Positions 17,869 through 28,932 of a stretch of DNA of 64,000 bases are shown here, one piece after another. Numbering within the stretch: position 1 is the first letter of the stretch; the number at the start of each line of letters is the position of its first letter. The DNA comes from Candidatus Rokuibacteriota bacterium (GTDB taxonomy: Bacteria > Methylomirabilota > Methylomirabilia > Rokubacteriales > CSP1-6): positions 6,487 through 70,486 of the forward strand of contig JACPSW010000007.1 in assembly GCA_016193045.1 (NCBI GenBank), given 5' to 3'. The translations under genes and the position numbers were made by a program. The notes under the pieces are model-generated. The model made no database searches. It had not been told where the DNA came from and saw nothing but the letters and a program-made list of their open reading frames with translations.

Positions 17869-19542
17869 CTAGACCGCCGCCACGGCGTACTTCCGCCGCA
17901 GCCGGTTGCGCAGGCCGATGGCGAAGAGGTTCAGCAGCACGACGATCGCCAGCAGGAGCAGCGTGGTCACGAACACCATCGGCCGGGCGGCGTCCACGTT
18001 GGGCGACTGGAAGCCCACGTCATAGATGTGGAACCCCAGGTGCATGAATTTCCGGTCCAGATGGACGAAGGGCCAGAACGAGTCGAGGGGCAGCGCCGGC
18101 GCCAGCTTCACGACGCCCGTGATCATGAGCGGCGCCACCTCGCCCGCCGCCCGGGCCATGGCCAGGATGAGGCCGGTCAGGATCGACGGCATCACCGCCG
18201 GCAGCACCACGCGGACGGTGGTCTCGAGCTTGGTGGCGCCGACGGCATACGAGGCCTCCCGCGCCCCCATGGGGATGGCCGCGAGCCCCTCCTCGGTCGC
18301 CACGATCACGACCGGCACCGTCAGGAGCGCCAGCGTGAGCGAGGCCCAGAGGATCCCGCCGGTGCCGAAGGTGGGCGTCGGCAACGCCTCGGCGAAGAGG
18401 AGCCGGTCGACGGTCCCCCCGACGAAGTAGATGAAGAATCCCACGCCGAAGACGCCGAAGACGATGGACGGAACGCCCGCCAGGTTGTTGACGGCGATCC
18501 GCACGAGACTCACGAAGGGTCCCTGCTTCGCGTACTCCCGGAGATAAAACGCGGCGAGCACCCCCAGGGGCGTCACCATGAGGCTCATGATCATCACCAT
18601 CATCACGGTGCCGAAGATGGCGGGGAACACGCCGCCCTCGGTGTTGGACTCGCGCGGGTCATCGGCGACGAACTCCCAGACCTTCCCGAGGTAGTGCCCG
18701 GCCTTGGCCGCCACGCCCATCGCGTTGGGGAAGTAGACATTCACCACCTGAACCAGCGGCAAGTCCTTCTCCTTGCCGTCGTCAGCCGCGACGAGCACGC
18801 TGACCGTCTGCCGGGCCCGGAGTGCGGCCAGCCGCCCTTCCTGCTCCGTGTAGCGCGCCTGGAGGTCCGCCATCTCTCTCTGAAGGGCGTCTACTCGGTC
18901 CTCGCCTCGTGGCTCGCCTCGCGACGGCCTCCGCGGCAGCCCTTCGGCTCGAACTGCCTCCGGGCCGGCGGTGACCCCACGGAGCTCCAGCCGCCGCAGC
19001 TTCAGCCGGATCTTCTCCTGCTCGAAATTGATCCGGCCGATCTCCCCCTTCTCGATGCCGCGGATCTCCCTCCGGATCCGAGTGGCCTCGGGGAGCCGCT
19101 TCGCCATCTCGGCCCACCCGGCGGCAGGCCCCGCAGCCACCGGCTTGCCGCCCTCGCGGAGCTCCTTGACGACCCCGATCAGCGGCCCCCACTCCACGCG
19201 CTCGATGACCACCGCGTCCCCCGGATATTCCCGCCTGAGGACCTGCCCCTCCTCCAGCCACTGGAAGTCCGCGCCGTAGAGGTCCCGGTTGGCGACCTTG
19301 AGCTTGATCCGGAACTGGCCGGCCTTCCCCGGCACCGGCTCGCGTTCGACGATCTGCCCCGTCCGCGTCGTGCCGTCGGCGAGGGCCAGGCGCACCACGT
19401 CCTTCGGCCAGAAGAACCCGAGGCCGTTGACCAGGATCAGCCCAACGAGCCCCGCGACCAGCAGCAGGGCGAGCGCCAGCGCCCCGCCCGTCAGCCAGAT
19501 GAACGGTTCCCCGCTCCGCCAGAGTCGGCCCGCGCCTCTCAT
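17869..19542 (-). CDS. pstA: phosphate ABC transporter permease PstA (long form)
   Basis: PRESNTEGGVFPAIFGT, NLAGVPSIVFG, ARAAGEVAPL. ATG overlaps the pstC stop. Confidence 0.93.
   Translation of the reverse strand: MRGAGRLWRSGEPFIWLTGGALALALLLVAGLVGLILVNGLGFFWPKDVVRLALADGTTRTGQIVEREPVPGKAGQFRIKLKVANRDLYGADFQWLEEGQVLRREYPGDAVVIERVEWGPLIGVVKELREGGKPVAAGPAAGWAEMAKRLPEATRIRREIRGIEKGEIGRINFEQEKIRLKLRRLELRGVTAGPEAVRAEGLPRRPSRGEPRGEDRVDALQREMADLQARYTEQEGRLAALRARQTVSVLVAADDGKEKDLPLVQVVNVYFPNAMGVAAKAGHYLGKVWEFVADDPRESNTEGGVFPAIFGTVMMVMIMSLMVTPLGVLAAFYLREYAKQGPFVSLVRIAVNNLAGVPSIVFGVFGVGFFIYFVGGTVDRLLFAEALPTPTFGTGGILWASLTLALLTVPVVIVATEEGLAAIPMGAREASYAVGATKLETTVRVVLPAVMPSILTGLILAMARAAGEVAPLMITGVVKLAPALPLDSFWPFVHLDRKFMHLGFHIYDVGFQSPNVDAARPMVFVTTLLLLAIVVLLNLFAIGLRNRLRRKYAVAAV
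18895..18954 (-). repeat. 60-bp repeat-like element apparently inserted in frame in pstA
   Basis: GTTCGAGCCGAAGG...GGCGAGGACCGA encodes an atypical VRAEGLPRRPSRGEPRGEDR. Flanked by AGT on both sides; termini shared with the elements at 31861 and 63115. Confidence 0.55.
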
Positions 19543-21827
19543 AGGTAGCGGTACTTCCGTCTCAGCCTGAGCCGGACTAGCTCGGCTGCGGTGTTCACGA
19601 CAAAAGTGAGGCAGAAGAGCAGGAACGCCGCCAGGAAGAGCACGCGGAAGAGCGTCCCGCCCTCGGGCGCCTCCGGCAGCTCCACGGCAATGTTGGCAGA
19701 CAGCGCGCGGAAGCCGTTGAAGATGGACCAGTCCATCACCGGGGTGTTCCCGGTGGCCATGAGGACGATCATGGTCTCGCCCACCGCCCGCCCGAACCCG
19801 ATCATGATGGCCGAGAAGATCCCGGGGCTCGCCGTGGGAAGGACGATCCGGAGGGCCGTCTGCCAACGGGTGGCGCCGAGCGCCAGGGAGCCCGCACGCA
19901 GGTGCTGGGGGACGTTCGCGAGGGAATCCTCGGCGATCGTGAAGATGATGGGGATGACGGCAAACCCCATGGCGATCCCGACGACCAGCGAGTTGCGCTG
20001 GTCGTAGGTGAGACCGAGCGCCGAGAGGAGCCACGTCTGATAGCTCCCGCCCAGGAGGGCGGCCTCCACGAGCCCGCCGAGCGCGAAGGCGACCCACAGG
20101 CCGAGCACGGTCACCGGGACGAGGAGGAGGGCCTCCGTCCCGGGCTTGACGCGGTTTCGAAGCGCGACGGGAAGCCGCCGCCAGCCGAGGAGCGCGAGGA
20201 GAATGCACGAGGGCAGAACCAACGGCATCAGGAAGACCCCCGGCACCACGCGCTCCACCATGGGGGCGAGCCAGAGCCCGGCCAGGAAGCCCAGCACGAC
20301 GCTCGGGAGGGCGGCCATGATCTCGACCACCGGCTTCACGTAGCCCTTCACGTTGGGGTGCATGAACTCGCTCACGTACAGGGCCGCCAGGAGCGCCAGC
20401 GGCACCGCGAAGAGAAGGGCGTAGAAGGTCCCCTTGAGCGTGCCGTAGATGAGCGGCGTCAGGCTGAGCTTCGCCTCGAAGTCGTCCGTGCCGCCGGTGG
20501 ACTGCCAGACGTAGGCCGGCTCCGAGTACCCCTCGTACCAGACCTTCCCGAAGACCGTCCGGAGGGTCACCTCCGGGTGCGCGTTGTCCACCCCCCAGTG
20601 GGAGATCGCGCCGTGCGCGTCCACGGCGAGGAGGCCGTCGGCCTTGGGGGCGAAGTCGATCGCCCTGAGCTGGACGCCCTCCTCCGCCTTGAGCGAGAGC
20701 AGCGTCTTCCCCGACGTCCCGTAGTGGACCTGGACCTGGCCGGAGGCGTCGGCCGTGGCGAAGCCCTTGTCGCGCTTGGAGGCGGTGATCGCGATGACGG
20801 GACCGCTATGCCCCTGGAACCGGTAGACGCGCGTGAGCCGGCGCTCCCCGCCCACCGGCCGCGGGATCACTTGCCAGGTCGAGACCGCGCCCCCCTCGTC
20901 GCCGGCCACCAGAGTCCGGTCGCCGATCAGGAAGCCGAGGGCGGTCACGGGGGCGCCAGCGGCCGAGACGCCGACCGCTTCGAGCAGCTTCGGCGTTTCG
21001 CGCTCCCGCAGGTCGTACCGCAAGACCTGACCGCTCGAAGTACCCACGAAGAGGTCCTCCGCCCGGCCGTCCAGCCTGAGGGCGGTGATCTCTCCCTCGG
21101 TTTCCGCCGTGAGCGCCTGGACGGACCGCTCCGTGCGGCTCTCGCCGATCAGAGCCCTCTTCTCCACCACCGTCTCGACGAGGAGCTCGCGGCGACCCAC
21201 CTGAGCGATCGTGACGGCCCCGCCGCCCGTGGAGGCGAACGCCACGCGCCGGATCGGGCGCTTCCGCGCGGGATCCAGGAGCGCCGCTTCCTTGAACTCG
21301 GGCTGCGGCGTGACGCTCCGCCGGCCGTCCCTGAAGGCTACGTCGAACCTCATCTCCACCGGGATGGTCCGGCCGTCCGACGTCCCGAGGAGGAGGCCCC
21401 GATTGCCGGCGGAGGCGACCGTCGTGATACTGGCGCCATCCAGCCCGGGGACGGGCACGGGCGACGGGACCGGCCCCTCTTTCAAGGTCACGAACTCGAT
21501 CGCCCCATCCCCCGTGATCCGGTACGCGACCTCCCGGTACTCCTCAACGCCGAGGGAATCGCCGGCAGCCGGCGCGCGGACACCCCCCGCGGCGTGACGG
21601 CCGAGGAAGCTCCCGGTGGGCTTCGTGAAGAGGGGGTAGACCTCGCCCGCGATCACCACGAGGATCGCGAGGATGGAAGCGATGATGATGACGCCGCCGC
21701 CCGCGACCAGGCGGGCGGCGGCACGGTCGGCCAGGAGCCGCCGCCTGGTGCGCCGGCGGCTCGCGGCGAGTGGGCGAGCCGGCGTCGCCGGCCCGCCCGC
21801 CCCGAGGGTCTGGGTGCTGATCGCCAC
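19539..21827 (-). CDS. pstC: phosphate ABC transporter permease PstC (long form with beta-propeller-like domain)
   Basis: WQSTGGTDDFEAKLSLTPL, LPSVVLGF, GRAVGETM, WD40-like repeats in the N-terminal half. Confidence 0.92.
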   Translation of the reverse strand: MAISTQTLGAGGPATPARPLAASRRRTRRRLLADRAAARLVAGGGVIIIASILAILVVIAGEVYPLFTKPTGSFLGRHAAGGVRAPAAGDSLGVEEYREVAYRITGDGAIEFVTLKEGPVPSPVPVPGLDGASITTVASAGNRGLLLGTSDGRTIPVEMRFDVAFRDGRRSVTPQPEFKEAALLDPARKRPIRRVAFASTGGGAVTIAQVGRRELLVETVVEKRALIGESRTERSVQALTAETEGEITALRLDGRAEDLFVGTSSGQVLRYDLRERETPKLLEAVGVSAAGAPVTALGFLIGDRTLVAGDEGGAVSTWQVIPRPVGGERRLTRVYRFQGHSGPVIAITASKRDKGFATADASGQVQVHYGTSGKTLLSLKAEEGVQLRAIDFAPKADGLLAVDAHGAISHWGVDNAHPEVTLRTVFGKVWYEGYSEPAYVWQSTGGTDDFEAKLSLTPLIYGTLKGTFYALLFAVPLALLAALYVSEFMHPNVKGYVKPVVEIMAALPSVVLGFLAGLWLAPMVERVVPGVFLMPLVLPSCILLALLGWRRLPVALRNRVKPGTEALLLVPVTVLGLWVAFALGGLVEAALLGGSYQTWLLSALGLTYDQRNSLVVGIAMGFAVIPIIFTIAEDSLANVPQHLRAGSLALGATRWQTALRIVLPTASPGIFSAIMIGFGRAVGETMIVLMATGNTPVMDWSIFNGFRALSANIAVELPEAPEGGTLFRVLFLAAFLLFCLTFVVNTAAELVRLRLRRKYRYL

Positions 21828-21828
21828 G

Positions 21829-22815
21829 CTATTGGATCTTGTTGAGCTCTTCCTTGGCGATCGAGGCAGGGATCGGGAAGTAGCCGTCCTTGATCACGAC
21901 CTCCTGCCCTTCCTTGGAGAGCACGAGCTTGACGAACTCCCGGGTCAGGGGGTCGAGCGCCTTCCCGGGCGCCTTGTTCACGTACACGAAGAGGAACCGC
22001 GAGAGCGGGTAACTGCCGGCATAGGCGTTCTCAGGGTCCGCCTCGTAGCACCGGGCCCCTTCCTTCTCCGCCAGCGGCACCGCCCGGACCCCCGCCGTGG
22101 CGTAACCGATCCCGCTGTAGCCGACGGCGTAGCGGTCCACCGTCACGCCCTGGACGACCGACGCCGAGCCCGGCTGCTCCTTCACCGAGTCCTTGAAGTC
22201 CCCGTTCTTCAGCGCGTGCTCCTTGAAAAAACCGTAGGTCCCAGAGGCCGAGTTGCGGCCGTAGAGGCTCAAGGGCTTGTTGGCCCACTCGCCGGTCAGC
22301 CCGAGCTGCCGCCAGGTTTTGACGTCCTCCTTGTACCCGGAGCGGCGCGACTTGGAGAAGATCGCGTCCACCTGGGCCATCGTCAGGCACTTGATCGGGT
22401 TGTCCTTGTTGACGAACACCGCCAGCGCGTCCACGGACGTGCGGATCGGCGTCGGCTTGTAGCCGTACTTCTTCTCGAACTGGTCGATCTCGGTCCCCTT
22501 CATCGCCCGGGACATGGGGCCGAGCTGCGCCGTCCCCGAGATCAGGGCCGGGGGCGCCGTGGAGGAGCCCTTCCCCTCGATCTGGATCTTGGCGTTGGGG
22601 TAGAACTTGTTGAAGCTCTCGGCCCAAAGGGTCATCAGGTTGTTCAGGGTATCCGACCCGATGCTCGACAGGTTGCCGCTGACGCCGGGCGCCGTCTTGT
22701 ACGAGACCAGCGCCGGGTCGAGCTTGGGCGGCCCGGACGCGAACACCTCCGCCGCGGCCAGACCCGCCAGGATGACAGCTGCCAAGGCCATCGCGATCGC
22801 TCTGCGCGTCCTCAT
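21829..22815 (-). CDS. pstS: phosphate ABC transporter substrate-binding protein
   Basis: Signal peptide, [34 protein letters not shown]. Confidence 0.95.
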   Translation of the reverse strand: MRTRRAIAMALAAVILAGLAAAEVFASGPPKLDPALVSYKTAPGVSGNLSSIGSDTLNNLMTLWAESFNKFYPNAKIQIEGKGSSTAPPALISGTAQLGPMSRAMKGTEIDQFEKKYGYKPTPIRTSVDALAVFVNKDNPIKCLTMAQVDAIFSKSRRSGYKEDVKTWRQLGLTGEWANKPLSLYGRNSASGTYGFFKEHALKNGDFKDSVKEQPGSASVVQGVTVDRYAVGYSGIGYATAGVRAVPLAEKEGARCYEADPENAYAGSYPLSRFLFVYVNKAPGKALDPLTREFVKLVLSKEGQEVVIKDGYFPIPASIAKEELNKIQ

Positions 22816-22870
22816 CGCTTCTCCTCCTTGTTCGTCGGTTTCCAGCATGGCCGACCCGTGTTTCGGCCTG

Positions 22871-22897
22871 GTTACGGGCGTGTTACAAGTACGTTAC
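22871..22897 (-). promoter_or_regulatory. Pho box (three direct repeats with 11-bp period)
   Basis: GTTAC at 22871, 22882 and 22893 (GTAAC on the coding strand), just upstream of pstS and beside phoBR. Confidence 0.75.
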
Positions 22898-23002
22898 GGC
22901 TGTCCTCCACCACTGAGGCGAGTCTGGCCTGGAGAAATTACGAAGGGATGACGGGCAAGTAAATAATGGGTAACGCCCTGCGCGATCGAAGAGAGGCCGG
23001 GC

Positions 23003-24805
23003 CTACGCCAGGGGGAGGGTGAAGCGGACGGTGGTGCCCTTGCCCGCCTCGCTCTCGATCCCGAGCGCTCCGCCGTGGGCCTGGACGAGGTGCTTGACGA
23101 TGGCAAGCCCGAGCCCGGTCCCTCCCAGTTCCCGGGAGCGGGCCTTGTCCACGCGGTAAAAGCGCTCGGTGATCCGGGGTAAGTCGGTGGAGGGGATGCC
23201 GATGCCGGTGTCGGCGACGGCGATCTCGACCATCTGGTCCCGGGCAGCCGCGGTGACGGTCACGCGGCCCCCCGCCGGAGTGAACTTCACCGCGTTGTCG
23301 AGGAGGTTGATCAGGATCTGGGCCAACCGGTCCGCGTCCGCGAGGACGCGCGGGAGATCGGGCGGGAGGTCGGCGGCAAGAGACACGTCTTTCCCCGCAG
23401 CCCGCGGCTCGATGATCGCCACCACTGCCTCGAGCGCCTCGCCGAGCTCCGTCGGCTGCAGTTCGAGGGCCACTTTCCCCAGCTCGATGTTGGAGAGGTC
23501 CGTGAGGTCGTCCAGCAGCCGGCCCAGTCGCTCGGTGTGGCGGGAGACGATCTCGAGGAAGCGCCGCGCGTTGTCCCGCTCGTCGAGCCCTCCCTCCAGC
23601 AGCGTCTCCAGATAGCCGCGGATGGCCGTCAGCGGCGTCCTGAGCTCGTGCGACACGTTCGCCACGAACTCCGTCCTGACGCGCTCCAGCCGGCGGAGCT
23701 GGGTGACATCATGGAGTACCATGAGCACGCCGGTCCCCTCGCCGCCGACGCGCAGCGGGAGGGCGTGCACGTCGAGGATCCGCTCCACGGGTGTGGTCAG
23801 GCTGAGCTCGCGCGAGACCATCTCCCCCCTCGCCTCCCGGCAGGCCCGGAGGAGGTCGAGGAGGTCGGCGTTCCGGATCACCTCGAGAAAGGGCTTCCCC
23901 TCTCCCGGCCGGAGGCCCAGGCGGAACATCGCCCGGACGCTCTGGTTCAGCAGGAGAAGATGGTCGTGGGCGTCCACCGCCAGCACGCCCTCTACCATGC
24001 TGTCGAGGATGGCGGTGATCGTGGCCTGCTCGCGCCCCAGATCCTGAATCTTCTCCCGGAACCTGGAAGCCATCACGTTGAGCGCCCTGCCGAGGCCGCC
24101 GATCTCGTCGGGGGAACGGACGGGCGCCCGCACCGAGAAGTCCCCGCCCGCCATCTGACGGGCGACGGACTGCATGTCGATGACCGGCCGGGTGACGCGG
24201 CGGGCCACGAAGAGACCGATCCCGAGCGCCACCCCGAGGGCGAGGAGCCCTCCGGCCACCAGCACTTGACGGATGGAGGCGTAAGCGCCGGTCACGACTT
24301 CGAGCGACAGGGCGAGCCTGATGATCCCGACGGTGCGCGCACCGTCCCGGACGGGGAGCGCCGCATAGAGGAGGTCCTGCCCCACGATCTCGCTTCGCCT
24401 GACGGCCCGGCCGACGCCGGTGGCGAGGGCATCCCGGACCTCGGGGCGATCCCGGTGACTCTCGATCTTGGCCAGATCTTCCAGGGGCCGATCGGATTCG
24501 GCCACCACGCGGCCGTCGGGCAGGATGAGGGTGACGCGGGCGTCGGTGGCACGCGCGGTCTTGAGCGCGAACTCCCGTCGCGCCCGGGGGGACGCCCCCG
24601 GAGCGAAGAGCGGGCGGGCGTCGTCCTGGAGGAGCCGGGCCAGCGCCACAAGCCGCCCCTCCAGCACCTGGACGGCGCGCTCCTCGAGGGCCCGCGTCAG
24701 GTACAGCCCCGCGACGACCTCGACGACGGCTACGAAGGCCAGGAGCGTAAGGGTGAGCTTGACGGCGATGCGCCGGCGGAAGAACAGGATCAGCCGGCGG
24801 AGCAT
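23003..24805 (-). CDS. phoR: phosphate regulon sensor histidine kinase (HAMP, PAS, HisKA, HATPase)
   Basis: EFVANVSHELRTPL, NLLDNAVKF, ERFYRVDKARSR, GTGLGL. Confidence 0.92.
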   Translation of the reverse strand: MLRRLILFFRRRIAVKLTLTLLAFVAVVEVVAGLYLTRALEERAVQVLEGRLVALARLLQDDARPLFAPGASPRARREFALKTARATDARVTLILPDGRVVAESDRPLEDLAKIESHRDRPEVRDALATGVGRAVRRSEIVGQDLLYAALPVRDGARTVGIIRLALSLEVVTGAYASIRQVLVAGGLLALGVALGIGLFVARRVTRPVIDMQSVARQMAGGDFSVRAPVRSPDEIGGLGRALNVMASRFREKIQDLGREQATITAILDSMVEGVLAVDAHDHLLLLNQSVRAMFRLGLRPGEGKPFLEVIRNADLLDLLRACREARGEMVSRELSLTTPVERILDVHALPLRVGGEGTGVLMVLHDVTQLRRLERVRTEFVANVSHELRTPLTAIRGYLETLLEGGLDERDNARRFLEIVSRHTERLGRLLDDLTDLSNIELGKVALELQPTELGEALEAVVAIIEPRAAGKDVSLAADLPPDLPRVLADADRLAQILINLLDNAVKFTPAGGRVTVTAAARDQMVEIAVADTGIGIPSTDLPRITERFYRVDKARSRELGGTGLGLAIVKHLVQAHGGALGIESEAGKGTTVRFTLPLA

Positions 24806-25494
24806 CACTCGGCCTCCTCGAAGCGGTACCCGACGCTCTTGGCGGTGACGATGCGGCGCCCCTCGACGCCCAGCTTCTGCCGGAGACGGCGGACGTGCAC
24901 GTCCACGGTGCGCGACTCGATCTCGCCGGCGCGAGCGTATCCCCATACGCCGTCCAGGAGAACCTCGCGGGAGAGGACCCGGCCGCGGGCCTCGATGAGG
25001 GCGCGAAGGAGGTCGAACTCCTTCGGCGTGAGCACGGCCGGCGCGCCGCCCACGGCCACCTGGCGCTTGCCGAAATCGACGCTGAGGCCGCCGACGCTGA
25101 ACACGGCCGGACCCTCCGGGGGCCGGGCCCGTCGGAGAACCGCCTTGACCCGGGCCACCAGCTCCTTCGGCGAGAACGGCTTGGTGATGTAATCGTCGGC
25201 GCCGAGCTCCAGGCCGACCAGGCGATCGGCCTCGTCCCCCTTGGCGGTGAGCATGATCACGGGGAGGGAGGCGGTGGAGGGATCCCGGCGGAGGCGGCGG
25301 CAGACCTCGAGGCCGCCCAGCTCGGGCAGCATCAGGTCGAGGACGACGAGGTCGGGGGGAGCGGTCTTGACGTGCCTCAGCGCCTCCGCGCCGTTCCGGG
25401 CCGTGCGGACCTGAAACCCCTCCCGCTCGAGGTGGAGGACGACGAGGTCGCGGATGTCCGGCTCATCCTCGACCACCAGCACCCGCGCCGCCAT
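24805..25494 (-). CDS. phoB: phosphate regulon response regulator (OmpR/PhoB family)
   Basis: REC domain (DLMLP, KPFS) plus winged helix (SRTVDVHVRRLRQK). Coupled to phoR. Confidence 0.9.
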   Translation of the reverse strand: MAARVLVVEDEPDIRDLVVLHLEREGFQVRTARNGAEALRHVKTAPPDLVVLDLMLPELGGLEVCRRLRRDPSTASLPVIMLTAKGDEADRLVGLELGADDYITKPFSPKELVARVKAVLRRARPPEGPAVFSVGGLSVDFGKRQVAVGGAPAVLTPKEFDLLRALIEARGRVLSREVLLDGVWGYARAGEIESRTVDVHVRRLRQKLGVEGRRIVTAKSVGYRFEEAE

Positions 25495-25506
25495 GGCGAT
25501 CCCATC

Positions 25507-26553
25507 TTACCAGTGGCGTGTCTCACCGTGCTTGAGTAGGAACAGCCGGTCGGGGTCGATCCCGCGCCGCCGGGCTTCGGCCGCCAGGCGCTTCGGGGGC
25601 TCCTCGATCGGTTCTTCGGTCAGGTCGAACGTCCCCCAGTGGACGCCGAGGAACCGCCGGCCGCGGACGTCCTCGAAGAGCTGGAGGGCTTCCTCCGGCG
25701 TGGTGTGGGCCGGCCGCATGATGACGGCCGGCACATACGCGCCGATCGGGACGGCGGCCAGGTCGAAGGGGCCGAGACGCCTGCCGATCTCCTTGAAAAC
25801 GTCGTAGTAGCCCGTGTCGCCCGCGAAGAAAAGCCGCTTGGCCCGCCCGGCCACCGCCCATCCGCTCCACAGGCGGCGGTTCCGGTCCCAGAAGGTGCGG
25901 CTCGAGAAGTGCTGGGCCGGCAGGCACGTCAGCGTGAGCCCCCGGACCGAGCGGCTCTCCCACCAGTCCAGCTCCTCCACGCTCGTGATCCCCAGGCCGG
26001 CGAACCACGCCTTGAGCCCCAGTGGGACGAGGAACAGCGGGCGGTGGACTTCGGCCAGGCGCGCAACGGTGGCGACGTCCAGGTGATCGTAGTGGTCATG
26101 GGAGATCAGGACCAGGTGGATGGGCGGGAGGTCCTCGAACCGGAGGCCGGGCGGCGTGACGCGCTTGGGTCCCATGAAGGGCAGCGGGCTCGCCCGCTCG
26201 GACCACTGGGGATCGGTCAGGAGGTTGACGCCGTCGAGCTGGATCAGGAGCGTGGAGTGCCCCACCCAGGTGACGGTGGCTTCGCTCCGGTTCCCGCGGA
26301 GCGCGCGGCCGTCGTTCTCCACGCGCGGCAGGCTCGCCGTCCGCGGATGGAAGGTCGTCGCCCAGATGCGGGAGAGGAAGAATTTTGTGCGGACCCAGGC
26401 CGGCGCCGGGACGTAGGCGGGGTTGGGATTCCTGAACCCGCCTTCCGCGTGGTGGGCGGGAGCGCCGGCCTTCGAGTCGCCGACGCCGGCGCACCCCGCG
26501 AGGAGACCGGCCAGCAGAATCGGGACGCCCCCGACGACGCGATTGAGGCTCAC
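25507..26553 (-). CDS. MBL-fold metallo-hydrolase (NAPE-PLD/RomA-like), probable lipoprotein
   Basis: LLAGC lipobox, WVGHST, SHDHYDHLD, FAGDTGY, HWGTF. Start position uncertain. Confidence 0.85.
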   Translation of the reverse strand: MSLNRVVGGVPILLAGLLAGCAGVGDSKAGAPAHHAEGGFRNPNPAYVPAPAWVRTKFFLSRIWATTFHPRTASLPRVENDGRALRGNRSEATVTWVGHSTLLIQLDGVNLLTDPQWSERASPLPFMGPKRVTPPGLRFEDLPPIHLVLISHDHYDHLDVATVARLAEVHRPLFLVPLGLKAWFAGLGITSVEELDWWESRSVRGLTLTCLPAQHFSSRTFWDRNRRLWSGWAVAGRAKRLFFAGDTGYYDVFKEIGRRLGPFDLAAVPIGAYVPAVIMRPAHTTPEEALQLFEDVRGRRFLGVHWGTFDLTEEPIEEPPKRLAAEARRRGIDPDRLFLLKHGETRHW

Positions 26554-27459
26554 GGACCGCGAGTGTACCCCGGACCGTGACCGCGTGCCAGCGGAGCGGG
26601 CGCACAATCCTTAGGGCAACCCCGCCGGGGTCACGACTTCCGGAGGTCGAGGGCAGGGAGACCGAGGAGCGAGCGCCGGGCCACGGCCCACAGGCCCCGG
26701 GTTGCTTCGGTGAGGTCGCAGGCCGAGGGCGCGAGGAACCGAACCAGACATCCGCCCCGGGCCACGAGGCTCACGCCGCCCAGAACCGACGGCGACGCGG
26801 CGAGCCGCGCTTCCAGGGCGGACATCACGGCCTCCCAGCCCGCGAAGCCGTCGGCGAAAAGCCCGAGGCTCGCGACGTAACCGAAGCGCTCCATCCCGCC
26901 GAGCCCCTGGGGGATTCGTCGCGAGGGATCGAGGTGGATCCGCTCCAGAAAGATCGGCCGCCCGCCGGAGGTGACGGTGATCCGGCTCATGATCTCTGCG
27001 AATGCCCAGCGCTCCTCCCGGGCGAGCCGGCCGATGGCCAGGGCGTCGGAGAGGATCGCCCGGCTCCCGGGCCCCATTTCCACGGTCAGGGACTGATGGA
27101 ACGCCGAGCCCGGATGGGGGATCACGTGATCTGGAATGTATTCGACCGTGGCGCCGGCCGCCAGCCGGATGCTGGTGTCCTGAACGGCGGGAGGGCCGAG
27201 CGCCCGATAGACCCGTGTGGCGGAGGGCGTGGTCAGGCAGACGTGGGCGCCGGGCCCGAGCGAGATCCCGCTCTCCAGGCGATCGCCTCCCAGCACCCCG
27301 CCCGTGGGATTCAGGAGCATGAGACAGACCGAGCCATCGGCCTCAAGGGGGATCGGCTCCAGCGCCTGGAGGGGAAGCGTGAAGCGGCGGGCGGTCAGGA
27401 TGGTGCCCCCGCCCCGGCGCTCGAAGGCGAGCGCCAGGGCCCCGTCCCGCCCGACGCGA

Positions 27460-28044
<585 letters not shown>

Positions 28045-28057
28045 CCCGAAGCCGTAG

Positions 28058-28231
28058 CGCCGCGCGAAGCGCAGGGCGGCGGAGCGCGCTGAGTCCCGCA
28101 GGGACGAAGCCTACCCCCCGCCGCGGGGGGATGGGGGGGCCAGCGGAGCCGCCCGAGCGAGCGCCAGGCGTCGAGGCGAGGAGGTCTGAGCGAGCGGGGC
28201 ATCCCCGGCGGGAGCGGCGCAAACTCGAGTA
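28058..28231. repeat. ~175-bp GC-rich multi-hairpin element inside the 5' end of ureG
   Basis: Separates MIPGP from LR.GVGGPVG. Contains CCCCCCGCcGCGGGGGG, GTCCCgcaGGGAC and GCGCgaaGCGC hairpins and ends in CGAGTA. Confidence 0.6.
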
Positions 28232-28242
28232 AGGACCAGGGA

Positions 28243-28932
28243 TCATGAGCGGAAGAGCCTCGCGTCCAGCCGGGCGTGACGCATGCCCGCGATCTCGAGC
28301 CCCGGGGCAAAGCTCCAGAGATCCGCGGGCCCCTTGCCCTCTGCTTCGCGGGCGAGCCGCTCGATGAGCGGCGCCGCCGCCCGGAGGATGCGCTGGCCAT
28401 CGAGCTGGCCGAGCGGCAGCAGCCTGAGCGCCGCGCCGACGAGGAGCGCCGCCGTCGAGTAGAGATACGCGCGGGCCGCGGCCTCGGCGGGCCACCCGAG
28501 CGCGCTCCCGGCCAGCCCGAAGGCCAGGGGGTGATGGCCCGGCGTCCGGCCCGCCTCGGCGAGCTCCGAGACGGCGCGGAGCACCGGGTGATCGGTCAGG
28601 GTAGCGGCGACGCGGAGGGTCTGGCGGCCCATCTGACGGCTGGCTTCCCGGAATTCAGCGACCGGCTTCATGGCCTCGAGGATCTCGTCGAGGGCGAGGC
28701 AGCCGTCCAGATCTTCCCTGTCGCCGAGGGCGAGCGCGACGACCACGCCGGCCGCATCGCACGGCCCCGCCGCCCCTTCGAGGTGGGCGCGGACGAACGC
28801 CTCGACGCCCGCGGCATCGCGGACCTCGCCCGCCTGCACGTAAGACTCCAGCCCGAAGGAATGGGCGTAGCCGCCGCTGGGAAAGAGACCGTCGGCGAAC
28901 TGCAGGAGGCTCAGCAGGGGATCAGGGCTCAT
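28243..28932 (-). CDS. ureF: urease accessory protein UreF
   Basis: LLQFADGLFPSGGYAHSFGLE, C-terminal RLFRS. Confidence 0.95.
   Translation of the reverse strand: MSPDPLLSLLQFADGLFPSGGYAHSFGLESYVQAGEVRDAAGVEAFVRAHLEGAAGPCDAAGVVVALALGDREDLDGCLALDEILEAMKPVAEFREASRQMGRQTLRVAATLTDHPVLRAVSELAEAGRTPGHHPLAFGLAGSALGWPAEAAARAYLYSTAALLVGAALRLLPLGQLDGQRILRAAAPLIERLAREAEGKGPADLWSFAPGLEIAGMRHARLDARLFRS

Noticed and set aside
17026-19548. Very long antisense or alternate-frame ORFs (this 840-aa one, and 8576-10564, 29130-31100, 37785-39587 and others)
   Set aside because: They are shadow ORFs expected at this GC content. They overlap well-supported genes and have Arg/Pro/Gly-rich, motif-free translations.
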